Origin: Candidatus Micrarchaeota archaeon
Lineage (GTDB): Archaea > Micrarchaeota > Micrarchaeia > Norongarragalinales > SBBD01
Direction: 5' to 3'
Assembly (NCBI GenBank): GCA_038046605.1
Contig: JBBSVW010000031.1
Span: forward strand, 1 to 16,110
Length of the DNA stretch: 16,110 nucleotides
Of the stretch, positions 7,652 to 15,808 are shown in pieces (the first letter of the stretch is position 1; each line of letters starts with the position of its first letter). The notes beneath the pieces are model-generated. The model was not told the DNA's origin, did no database searches, and saw nothing but the letters and a program-made list of their open reading frames with translations. A program made the position numbers and the translations under genes.

Positions 7652-7805
7652 TGCGACTGCCGGGATTTTCAGACACACGCATATTCGCCTCCCCAAAAAG
7701 AGGGGGTAAGGCGACACGATAGGGGGATCCGTCCCCCTTTGTGTCATTTGAACCCGGGTCCCGAGATTGGCAACCTCGTGTCCTACCAGACTGGACTACA
7801 ATCGC
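7652..7805 (-). tRNA. tRNA-Gly(GCC) with a T-loop intron (exon 1 7805-7747, exon 2 7665-7652)
   Basis: Acceptor GCGATTG/CAGTCGC + A73; D arm GTCC/GGAC; anticodon arm CGAGG-TTGCCAA-TCTCG; T arm CCGGG-TTCAAAT-CCCGG restored after splicing. CCA is not encoded. A TATA-like TATATTAAA lies upstream. Confidence 0.93.
7666..7746 (-). other. 81-nt tRNA intron at position 59/60 with a canonical bulge-helix-bulge motif
   Basis: CCGGG-TTCA-AA^T-GACAC ... GTGTC-TGAA-AA^T-CCCGG: 4-bp central helix TTCA/TGAA and two 3-nt AAT bulges. Confidence 0.9.
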
Positions 7806-7926
7806 ATGAAGGCATACTTATGCAGGAAATAATTTAATATATGCTCCGAAAGGTATGATCGTCGTATTTTGCATTTACCAAATGGATGCTCCAGCGTTTT
7901 AATTCATTCCAGCAATATGGGATTGC

Positions 7927-9609
7927 CTACAATATCCACTTCGCAAGGAAGAATAGGGCAATTATCAGGATCATTCCGCCAAGCATCACGGCGTAATCGC
8001 CAGGTATATTTGCAAACTGATTTCCCTCCCCCGTACCCTGCGTTGCGCTAATTGATGATGAAGGCGCCCAGATGGGGGGCTGAATTGAAGCCATTAGTGA
8101 AAATTCAAATGGCTGGATGGTTTTTTTACCGGTCGTTTCAAGGCCAAATTCCCCTCTAAGCGTTTCTTCCCCCTCCAGCGGAACAAGTGAAAAAATGAAC
8201 TGCCTTTCAAGGCCTGCTCCGAGTGCCACAGGCTGCGATTGGCTTTGGTGATTTTGGCTTTCCATTGAAATGCTGCCAGCCGCCTCGATGTTGCCCGTGT
8301 TTTTCACAGTCACAGCGATTTGAATACCACTCCCTGTTTTAGCACTCGAAATTCCCGTAATTTTCAATTCCTCGTTTTTTTGCACATCTCCCTCATCCGA
8401 TGCGCGGATCGTGCCAGTTGCATCCTGCCCAAGGCTCTCAATTAGTACCGGGAACTTGTATTCGTAACCCGATTCGAGCTTGGGTATGATGACCTTCCAT
8501 TCGACCTCCTTTTCCTCGTAGGGTTCTAGCAAAACAAGCTTGTCCTCGTTGACCAAGTTTTCCCCGGAAATTTTCACCTCCGGGGGAAGAAGGAGCGATA
8601 GGGGAACTGCCAGGCGATTGCCCTTGTTCGAAACCCTCGCCTTTATGGCTTCAATTGAGCCCTGCCCCACCTCGCTTTCCGGAAGAATCAATTGCAGGGT
8701 GAAGAGCTCCGGGAAATTTCGCACCTCATTGAATTTGACATCAAAATCCCTTGTCAGCTTCACCTTCGAAACATCGGCATTGTAGCTCCTGATCGAAATA
8801 TCCTCCTTGATATCCGCCTGATCAAACCCTTCGCCGAATTTGAGGTGGGTCGCATCCAGGATGATCCCTTCATTGAAGGTTGGATCGAAGGGTATCCACT
8901 CCCCATCAATTGCCGCCTCCACAAATGCGTGGGCGCCCCAATCGGTTCCGCTGTAAACGTATGATGCCGCAAATTTGGCGGGAATGCCAATCGATCTAAG
9001 CATTGCAATGAACAGGTGCGAAAACTCATCGCATGTGCCCGCCCTTTCCGACATCACCGCATCCGAACCCTTGACGACATTGATGTAATTGCGGTCGTAC
9101 TTTACATTATTGTGCACCCATTGCGCAATCGCAACCGCTTTTTCCATATCCGTTTTGTAGTTGGATGCGATCTGCGATGCCTTCTGCTTAATTTCAGGGG
9201 TTATTTTAATGTAGGCGCTTTCCTTGAGGTAATTCGAGGCATCGGTTGCCTTCGCAAAATCAAAGCCAAACTGCACCTTGAGCTCTGTTTGCATGGAAAA
9301 GCCCTGGAAATCCTTCTTTGGGTCCAAGTCGAAAACCAAAACCCCGTTCTTGAATGCATTGGTTTCGGTGTATGCGGGAATAGAAGTGGTTTCGTAGAGC
9401 CTTTGCTGTGAGGGATAATTCCCAAATTCGAAAGTCTTGATCTGGAGCTCCGAAAGTTCCTGCCCCTGCAGATCTATGTTCCAGCTAAGATTTACAGTTG
9501 CCCTAGCGTAACCAGTTTTCTTTGGCTTGATCCCCTCATCCGCAGCGAAGGCTAGGGGCAAGAGCAGTGCAAAAATGGCTAGAAGGCAAATGAGGCGGAT
9601 CCCTTTCAT
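7927..9609 (-). CDS. Secreted transglutaminase-like domain protein with Ig/CARDB-like C-terminal domains and a TM anchor
   Basis: Signal peptide from ATG 9609 (MKGIRLICLLAIFALLLPLAFA); Cys-His-Asp triad motifs GTCDEFS, AHAFVE, WIPFDPT; VTVKNTGN; C-terminal TM helix. Confidence 0.88.
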   Translation of the reverse strand: MKGIRLICLLAIFALLLPLAFAADEGIKPKKTGYARATVNLSWNIDLQGQELSELQIKTFEFGNYPSQQRLYETTSIPAYTETNAFKNGVLVFDLDPKKDFQGFSMQTELKVQFGFDFAKATDASNYLKESAYIKITPEIKQKASQIASNYKTDMEKAVAIAQWVHNNVKYDRNYINVVKGSDAVMSERAGTCDEFSHLFIAMLRSIGIPAKFAASYVYSGTDWGAHAFVEAAIDGEWIPFDPTFNEGIILDATHLKFGEGFDQADIKEDISIRSYNADVSKVKLTRDFDVKFNEVRNFPELFTLQLILPESEVGQGSIEAIKARVSNKGNRLAVPLSLLLPPEVKISGENLVNEDKLVLLEPYEEKEVEWKVIIPKLESGYEYKFPVLIESLGQDATGTIRASDEGDVQKNEELKITGISSAKTGSGIQIAVTVKNTGNIEAAGSISMESQNHQSQSQPVALGAGLERQFIFSLVPLEGEETLRGEFGLETTGKKTIQPFEFSLMASIQPPIWAPSSSISATQGTGEGNQFANIPGDYAVMLGGMILIIALFFLAKWIL

Positions 9610-9684
9610 ATGGTACTTTTCGGTTCCCTGCCATTTAATTAGTTTCGTTTTTGTGTACATTCGTTTTGTTGCCGCATAGTGGGT

Positions 9685-9716
9685 TTTACTTCCTAAATAG
9701 TTTGCTTCCTAAATAG
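9685..9716. repeat. Tandem 16-bp repeat x2
   Basis: TTTACTTCCTAAATAG / TTTGCTTCCTAAATAG, bracketed by TAGTGGGT at 9677-9684 and 9720-9727. Confidence 0.75.
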
Positions 9717-9762
9717 GTTTAGTGGGTAACTTAGGGCGCCTTCATCCTCCTAGCCATTTAAT

Positions 9763-11025
9763 TCATCCATACTCGGCATCCTTTCCCAGCATCCCTTCTA
9801 TCCTAAGCAGCCGGTTGTATTTTGCCGTGCGCTCCCCCCTTGCCGGTGCGCCGAGTTTAATTTGGCCGCATCCAAGCCCGACTGCAAGGTCCGCTATGAA
9901 TGCATCCTCAGTTTCCCCCGACCTGTGGGAAACCATGACCCCCCAGCCGTTCTTGAATGCGTAATTTGCCGCAACAATACTTTCCGTAAGGGTTCCAATC
10001 TGGTTTACCTTAAGGAGAAGGCAATTTGCGCTTTTTTTAAGCACGGCGGTTTTCAGCCTTGAAATATTCGTGACTGTCAGGTCATCGGCAACAATTTGCA
10101 CCTTGCCCCCAATCCGCTTTGTCAACCGTGCGAAGCTTCCAAATTCATCCTCGGAAAAGGGATCCTCTAGGGAAATGATTTTATATGTGCGGATGAGCTG
10201 CGAATAATATTCGGATAATTCCTCCGGGGCCATTTTCCTTCCATCGATTTCGTATTTCCCATTTTTGAAAAATTCGGAAGCGGCCGCATCAATTGCGAGT
10301 TTTACCTCCTTAGGATAGCCCACTTCGTCAATTGCTTTCTGTATCATTTCCAGGCCTTCATCCGTGCGCTTCAGAGGCGGGGCAAATCCGCCCTCATCCC
10401 CCACATTAACCGCGCTTTTGCCATATTTTTCCTTCAAGTCAGCCTTTAGCTTGCCATATACTTCACTTACCATCCTTGCGCCCTCATAAAAGCCCTTTGC
10501 CCCAACTGGCGCAACCATGAACTCCTGGATTTTCAAATCATTCCCTGCATGGACCCCGCCATTGATGATGTTTGAAAAAGGGACGGGCATGAGGAAAGTT
10601 TTTCCGTTGCCCCTTCCTGACATTTTTGCGATGTTTTTGAAAAGTTCCATGCCGCTGAAAAGCGCATTTGCCCTTGCCGCTGCCAGGGAAACTGCAAGGA
10701 TGGCATTTGCCCCAAGCCTCCCCTTGTTTTTAGTGCCGTCCAAATCAATAAGTGCGGAATCAATTTCCTTTTGGGCTGATGCATCCATTCCGATAAGTTT
10801 TTTTGCAATTGGCCCATTGATGTTTTTTACCGCCCTCAAAACCCCCTTTCCCCCAAAGCGTTTTTCGCCATCCCGCAATTCGATTGCCTCATGGGATCCC
10901 GTGCTCGCTCCGGATGGCACAATTGCGCTTGCCATTCTCCCATCCGCGAGAGTGATTTCGCACTCCACCGTTGGGCAACCCCTCGAATCAAGCACCTCCC
11001 TTCCAATTATTTTTTTCATTTGCAT
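9763..11025 (-). CDS. eno: Enolase (phosphopyruvate hydratase)
   Basis: LDSRGxPTVE, PSGASTG, GANAIL, GDEGGF, LLKVNQIG, SHRSGETED and ERTAKYN motifs. Confidence 0.98.
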   Translation of the reverse strand: MQMKKIIGREVLDSRGCPTVECEITLADGRMASAIVPSGASTGSHEAIELRDGEKRFGGKGVLRAVKNINGPIAKKLIGMDASAQKEIDSALIDLDGTKNKGRLGANAILAVSLAAARANALFSGMELFKNIAKMSGRGNGKTFLMPVPFSNIINGGVHAGNDLKIQEFMVAPVGAKGFYEGARMVSEVYGKLKADLKEKYGKSAVNVGDEGGFAPPLKRTDEGLEMIQKAIDEVGYPKEVKLAIDAAASEFFKNGKYEIDGRKMAPEELSEYYSQLIRTYKIISLEDPFSEDEFGSFARLTKRIGGKVQIVADDLTVTNISRLKTAVLKKSANCLLLKVNQIGTLTESIVAANYAFKNGWGVMVSHRSGETEDAFIADLAVGLGCGQIKLGAPARGERTAKYNRLLRIEGMLGKDAEYG

Positions 11026-11098
11026 ATTTCGACCACTTCAATGCATGGGGTTGATCCATATTATAATTCCAATCCTCCATTCCCCAAGTTAAAATCAT

Positions 11099-11755
11099 TC
11101 AAGAAAAGATGCTTGCGCCGATTTTTTGGCCCCCTTCAATCCAGCCCTCGAAATTTGTATATTCATTGATTAGCGCGTCCAGGAACGCCCCAAATGTGGA
11201 TGGGTAGGCATATGCGAGCAATAGGAATGCGATGAAACCGGAGATTACGCCGTAATCAAACCAGCGCATCTCAAGCGGATCCTTTTCACGGAAGGGGTTT
11301 GAGCGTTTCACGCTTTCTTCCGCAATGCCCGTGATTTTCAAGAGGTGGGCAAATCTGCTATATCGCAGGAAGATGAGCGCAAATACGGTTGCGATCAGGA
11401 TGTTGAATATTTTTACCGCCCCAACATACATGAAAACCGCCATTATTCCTCCGATGAAGAACACCAGGCGGTAAAAGCTTTTCATCCCTGCAATCATTGC
11501 CTTTTCGCTGGTAGTTACCATCTGCTTTGAAAGATGCCATATCTGGTTTGCCTCGTGGTCTGAAAAGCCTTCGGATAGCAGATAATACTTGCAGATGATG
11601 TAGTCCTTTCCCTGCATGCGCATTTCCTTTACGCTTTTTATGGCTTTGAGCGTTTTTTCGGAAAGGGAGTTTTTTTGCGGGACTTGCGGCGCCTCCTCCT
11701 TTGCGATAGGCGCCTTTTCAATAATCTGGGAAATTGTTGGAGCCATATATCCCAT
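11099..11755 (-). CDS. Hypothetical membrane protein
   Basis: 218 aa; soluble N-terminal helical region followed by about 3 TM segments; co-oriented upstream of eno. Confidence 0.7.
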   Translation of the reverse strand: MGYMAPTISQIIEKAPIAKEEAPQVPQKNSLSEKTLKAIKSVKEMRMQGKDYIICKYYLLSEGFSDHEANQIWHLSKQMVTTSEKAMIAGMKSFYRLVFFIGGIMAVFMYVGAVKIFNILIATVFALIFLRYSRFAHLLKITGIAEESVKRSNPFREKDPLEMRWFDYGVISGFIAFLLLAYAYPSTFGAFLDALINEYTNFEGWIEGGQKIGASIFS

Positions 11756-11843
11756 TAGATAGTTTTGCTTAATTTAAACATTCCTTTGGCACTCGAAATG
11801 ACCTTGGGATTGATATTAAAAGCAATTCGCGCAAAAAAGGATT

Positions 11844-13040
11844 ATGGAAAGCGATTTCTACGGGCAACCGCTCACGGATCTATATCGTTTTAAGAGCCCC
11901 CGCGAAAAGCTCCTCTCGCAACTTGTGATCAATTCGCATTTAAAGCCCCTGAAAAAGGAGATGTTTGGCCCAACACCCCCAAACATTTTTGTGGGAAGGG
12001 TTGGGTACCCTTCAGTTTACGTGGGCCCACTTGTTGGCGCGGATGAGGGCATTGATGCGGCGCTTTATGATAATCCAAGGGGCTGGTATGGCCTTCCAAT
12101 TGAAGAAATTGTGAAATTCCGATCATCGCTAGTGCGCGGAAAAAAACTCGAGCATGTGAAAAAAAGCCGGGAGCTTCTTGATTTGCAGGATAGCGTGCTC
12201 TCGCAAAAAGCCGTGGACATGGAGGTGAATTTCAAAAAGCCCCCTTCCATGGGCGTGTATTTCCATTCCACTTTCCAGCCCATGGGCCCAACTGCCGAAT
12301 ATGTGAATTTGCGCCTGGTAGGCAATCCCCAAATCCCAAGGAAGGTCGATTCCGTTATTTCCGAGGGGCTAAAGGCGCGGGAGGGCTTTGAGGAATTGAT
12401 GCGCCATAAATTCGATGTCTACTACCTCCAAAAGCTGCTCTCTGCAGGGCTGCTTGGCGAAACTCAAAAGAAAAAGCTTGTGCCGACAAGATGGAGCATT
12501 ACTGCTGCGGATAAAATCGCAGCCGATATTTTCATCGAACAAGTGCGCACTCTCAAATCCGTAAATGAAATCCAGCTCTACACAAACACCTATCTGGCAA
12601 ACCATTTCGAAATCCTTTTGCTTCCCGGCAACTGGGAATTCGAGCAGTTCGAGAATTGGGAGGGGGGCATTAGCTGCAACAAAACAAAGGAATGGTTTTT
12701 GGAACATGAATATGAGCCATTCGAGGGACGGAGTGATTATGCAAAAAGCGAGGGCGGGGGCTACTATGCCGGAAGGCTTTCGGTTGCGGAATATCTTGCA
12801 TCATCCCTCAAAAGGCAGGCGCGCGCTGTTGTGATCCGCGAAATCCACAAGGAATACGATGTGCCTGTTGGGGTTTGGGAAATTAGGGAAAATGTAAGGC
12901 ACGCCCTTGCCAAAGAGCCAGTGAAATGCGCATCCCTTGAGGAGGCAAAATCGCTCCTTTGCACTCGCCTTAGGAATCCGCCGGAACTGTACTTTCAAAA
13001 GAGCAGGATTTTGCCGCAAAGGAAGCTTGTTGATTTTTGA
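11844..13040 (+). CDS. nreA: Nre-family archaeal DNA repair protein with a C-terminal PIP box
   Basis: IFVGRVGYPxVxVGPL, PMGP, LSAGLLG, KLVPTRWSITAAD, GGYYAGR, PVGVWEIRENVR; ends QRKLVDF. Confidence 0.92.
   Translation: MESDFYGQPLTDLYRFKSPREKLLSQLVINSHLKPLKKEMFGPTPPNIFVGRVGYPSVYVGPLVGADEGIDAALYDNPRGWYGLPIEEIVKFRSSLVRGKKLEHVKKSRELLDLQDSVLSQKAVDMEVNFKKPPSMGVYFHSTFQPMGPTAEYVNLRLVGNPQIPRKVDSVISEGLKAREGFEELMRHKFDVYYLQKLLSAGLLGETQKKKLVPTRWSITAADKIAADIFIEQVRTLKSVNEIQLYTNTYLANHFEILLLPGNWEFEQFENWEGGISCNKTKEWFLEHEYEPFEGRSDYAKSEGGGYYAGRLSVAEYLASSLKRQARAVVIREIHKEYDVPVGVWEIRENVRHALAKEPVKCASLEEAKSLLCTRLRNPPELYFQKSRILPQRKLVDF
13011..13038 (+). repeat. 28-bp direct repeat, copy 1 (3' end of nreA)
   Basis: TTGCCGCAAAGGAAGCTTGTTGATTTTT, identical to 13639-13666. 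Confidence 0.95.
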
Positions 13041-13070
13041 AGCTTTGAGGAAGGTTTATATTATATAAGG

Positions 13071-13088
13071 TTAATTAATATTAATTAA
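13071..13088. promoter_or_regulatory. 18-bp perfect palindrome, putative antitoxin operator
   Basis: TTAATTAATATTAATTAA lies between a TATA-like box (TTTATATT at 13055) and the SD-like AGGTGA (13088-13093). Confidence 0.6.
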
Positions 13089-13098
13089 GGTGATATGC

Positions 13099-13326
13099 GT
13101 GGCAATTAAAACATTCAACATTGCGGAAAATGTCTACGAGCAGTTTTCTGCATTCTGCAAAGAAAGGGGCCTAAGCATGAGCAGGCAGGTGCAATTTTTC
13201 ATGGAAAATTTCATTGAGAATGAACCCGAAGCAAGGGTTGATTATTTGGCAAAATTGGAAGAGATACGTAAGGGGAAATTCATTAAAGTTAGAAGTTTCG
13301 CCTCGCGCTACGGGCTGGATAAATGA
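13099..13326 (+). CDS. Ribbon-helix-helix-type antitoxin
   Basis: KTFNI strand, then ENVYEQFSAFCKERG helix and SMSRQVQFFM helix; overlaps the toxin start. GTG 13099 follows AGGTGA. Confidence 0.75.
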   Translation: MAIKTFNIAENVYEQFSAFCKERGLSMSRQVQFFMENFIENEPEARVDYLAKLEEIRKGKFIKVRSFASRYGLDK

Positions 13327-13586
13327 AATATTCCCTTGTTATCGGTGATAAGGCCGATCGCATATTCAAAAAGATGGAGAAGAAGGACCGCCAAAGACTC
13401 AAGATGGTAAACAGAAAAGTAGACGAAATACTACAAAACCCAATCCATTACAAGCCCCTTCGCGGCGATCTACATGGCGCTAGACGAGTTCACATTGATA
13501 GGTCATTTGTATTGATATTTGAGGTTGACGAAAAAAATCAGATCGTAAAGCTGCTAGATTTCGACCATCATGATGATATCTATTAA
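13323..13586 (+). CDS. relE: RelE/ParE/YafQ-superfamily type II toxin
   Basis: 87 aa basic protein; NPxHYKPLRGDLHGARRVHI and FVLIFEVD...FDHHDDIY. Confidence 0.88.
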   Translation: MKYSLVIGDKADRIFKKMEKKDRQRLKMVNRKVDEILQNPIHYKPLRGDLHGARRVHIDRSFVLIFEVDEKNQIVKLLDFDHHDDIY

Positions 13587-13638
13587 TGCATAGCGTTGGG
13601 TCAATTCTTCAAACCCCATTTCTGGCAATTTGTGCATC

Positions 13639-13666
13639 TTGCCGCAAAGGAAGCTTGTTGATTTTT
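13639..13666 (+). repeat. 28-bp direct repeat, copy 2 (orphan copy of the nreA end)
   Basis: Identical to 13011-13038; with its flanks it reads ILPQRKLVDF-TAG. Confidence 0.95.
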
Positions 13667-13733
13667 AGTTGCGTTTCCAAAGAGGTGAAACCCTTAAAAA
13701 TCTCTGTTGAGTGGTAATTGCGGGAATATTTCC

Positions 13734-14576
13734 ATGAGAGGACTTTTTCTTTTGGGATTGCTAATTTTGCTTGCTATGCCTATTGCCAATGCCGCTGACA
13801 ACGTTGGCCATGTCCTCGTAGTACAGCCCATCCAAAAGCAGATTTTTGAAGGCGAAGTGCTTGATCTTGGGCTAGTTGGGCCCGGCCAAAAAGTCGAGCT
13901 TGAAATTTCAAGGAGCTCGAATATTTACGATTTCCGGAATGTGGAGGAGGTTTGGGATAGGCTCAAGATCGACGACAATACGCTTCCGGATTTCTGGCGA
14001 TCCGAATATTCACTTCGCTATGAGGCAAACCCCAAGGCGTTTGTTATTGTCGATTCCGATGCGCCCGATGGCGAGTATGAGTTTTCCCTGCATACCGAGC
14101 GCGACTACGGCGATGCCTCGAAAAATCCTGTAAGGTTCATGGCAAAAATACTGGTAAGGCGGGATGTTCTTGATTTGCAGGTTCTAAGCAAAAATGTCAA
14201 TGGGGGCGTTGAACAGCCATCCGAATTCACCATAAAGCTTGTAAACATGGGCAGCGCAAACGATGCTTTTGAGCTGGAAGTTGTTTCCGGCCTGCCAAAT
14301 GAATGGCGCTTCAAAAAGCAGGTCTTCATTCCACACAATTCCGAAAAAATCATTCCTTATGAGCTTGTGGCAAAAGAGCAGATTGATGAGCAGATAGTTT
14401 TCAAGGCAACTTCGCTTTCATCGACTTCAATAACCGATTCCGATTCTGGCTCATTATCGACTAGGAGCAGCCTTTTGCAGGATATGAAATCCGTGGGCAA
14501 CGGCGTCCTGCTGTTCCCAAACATCGAGATGGCAGTCTATTACCTGATGGGATTTGTTGCGAGCAACTTTTTCTGA
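13734..14576 (+). CDS. Hypothetical secreted protein with Ig-like (COG1470/NEW3-like) character
   Basis: Signal peptide from ATG 13734 (MRGLFLLGLLILLAMPIANA); FTIKLVNMGSANDAFEL...GLPNEW motif; hydrophobic C-terminus. Confidence 0.75.
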   Translation: MRGLFLLGLLILLAMPIANAADNVGHVLVVQPIQKQIFEGEVLDLGLVGPGQKVELEISRSSNIYDFRNVEEVWDRLKIDDNTLPDFWRSEYSLRYEANPKAFVIVDSDAPDGEYEFSLHTERDYGDASKNPVRFMAKILVRRDVLDLQVLSKNVNGGVEQPSEFTIKLVNMGSANDAFELEVVSGLPNEWRFKKQVFIPHNSEKIIPYELVAKEQIDEQIVFKATSLSSTSITDSDSGSLSTRSSLLQDMKSVGNGVLLFPNIEMAVYYLMGFVASNFF

Positions 14577-14578
14577 AA

Positions 14579-15745
14579 TTATTTAACCGCTTTTAGCACA
14601 TCTACTAGTTTAGCATCCGTCTTGAAGCTTGTCGGGGAATAGTGCGTTGGCGATGTGCGCATCCCTTTTTTTTCCAAAAGCGCCATGATTTTCGCTGTCT
14701 TCTTTGCCCTCACAGTTAGTTTTTTTGCAATCGTGTGTATGTCAAAGAACGAGGGTCCAAAATCGTTTTCGGAATTGAGCAATTCGAGCATTTTGGCAAT
14801 TTCTTGCTTCTCCCCAAAATCAGCATTTCCGTTTCCCTTCCCCTCAAATCCCGATTTTCCGTTTTCTTTTTGCATTTTTCCGATCATTTCCCCATCCTGC
14901 ATTTTGCCAATCCATAATTCCCCTGCAAAATCATAGCTTTCGCCGCAATTTGGGCATTTTTCCTTTGTGCGCTTTCCAGTTTCCCGGTTAAGGCATTTAT
15001 GGCAGTGCATGATGAAGCCCAAATTGGGGATGATTTCATCCGCTTTTGCTGCGGATTTTTCGGCAAGCACAATGCACTTGATTGCATGCCCCTTGAAAAA
15101 TGAAAGCATTGGGTGGCAGCCAAAATCCTGCATCATCAAATCACGGGCTGTCCTTCCAAGCAAAATTCTAAGTGCAACCTCATGCGCATACTCGCACCTT
15201 AAGGGTTTGGAATCGTAGTGCTTGATGCATGGCCGTTGGTTTGCGCCTGCAAGATTAGCCAGATCGGTTGCCGTAATTGATAGGATTGCCTTTTTCCTAA
15301 GTTTGCGGATGGCATTCTGGAGGAAAAATACCGGAGAGCCGAAAGGGTCGATTTCGATGAAATCAAAATAAGTTGCCGTTGTAAGGAGGAATTTGTTCAA
15401 ATCCATTTCCGCAACATGTGCGTTTTTCAATTTGTTCAGTTTGATGTTTTTTTTCAATACCTTCAAGGCATCCGGGTTTGCATCAACGAAATGGACCGCT
15501 TTTACCTTGTTTTCCATTGCATACCGAATGCCCCTTGAGCCAAGGGAGCTAAGGCCGTCAAGGACGGTGAAATCCTCCTCAAATAGGTCCCTGCAGCTCC
15601 TCATTGCAAGCGATGAGATGCTCCGGTTGAACCTCATTGCCGGATTATAGAAGACCGGAAGGTGGAAGGCATCGTTGAAGGATTCCTTTGGGACCATAAG
15701 CTTTGCTTTGCCTTCGGTGATTTGGATTAGTTCCATTGCCTTCAT
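14579..15745 (-). CDS. trm1: tRNA (guanine-26,N2)-dimethyltransferase
   Basis: VFYNPAMRFNR, LDGLSSLGSRGIRY, IEIDPFGSP, SITATD, CxxC...CxxC zinc ribbon, GELWIG, THYSPTSFKTDA. Start at ATG 15745 or 15736. Confidence 0.96.
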   Translation of the reverse strand: MKAMELIQITEGKAKLMVPKESFNDAFHLPVFYNPAMRFNRSISSLAMRSCRDLFEEDFTVLDGLSSLGSRGIRYAMENKVKAVHFVDANPDALKVLKKNIKLNKLKNAHVAEMDLNKFLLTTATYFDFIEIDPFGSPVFFLQNAIRKLRKKAILSITATDLANLAGANQRPCIKHYDSKPLRCEYAHEVALRILLGRTARDLMMQDFGCHPMLSFFKGHAIKCIVLAEKSAAKADEIIPNLGFIMHCHKCLNRETGKRTKEKCPNCGESYDFAGELWIGKMQDGEMIGKMQKENGKSGFEGKGNGNADFGEKQEIAKMLELLNSENDFGPSFFDIHTIAKKLTVRAKKTAKIMALLEKKGMRTSPTHYSPTSFKTDAKLVDVLKAVK

Positions 15746-15778
15746 GGTAGCTTTCTGCCTGCGAACCTTTAAATATCT

Positions 15779-15792
15779 TTTTAGTACTAAAA
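15779..15792. promoter_or_regulatory. 14-bp palindrome in the divergent promoter region
   Basis: TTTTAGTACTAAAA, just after a TTTAAATA box and 16 nt before ATG 15809. Confidence 0.5.
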
Positions 15793-15808
15793 TAGTATCA
15801 GAAAAGTT

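Noticed and set aside
7476-7746. HDV-like/theta ribozyme (tRNA-adjacent, GCGAAT resembles HDV J4/2)
   Set aside because: Could not build P3/L3 or the P1.1 GG in the required order in either copy.
7666-7746. Intron-encoded C/D box guide RNA
   Set aside because: A CTGA is present but is part of the BHB; there is no convincing RTGATGA C box or C'/D' pair.
7490-7747. 85-aa minus-strand ORF
   Set aside because: Overlaps the tRNA intron, exon 2 and the hairpin region; no protein-like features.
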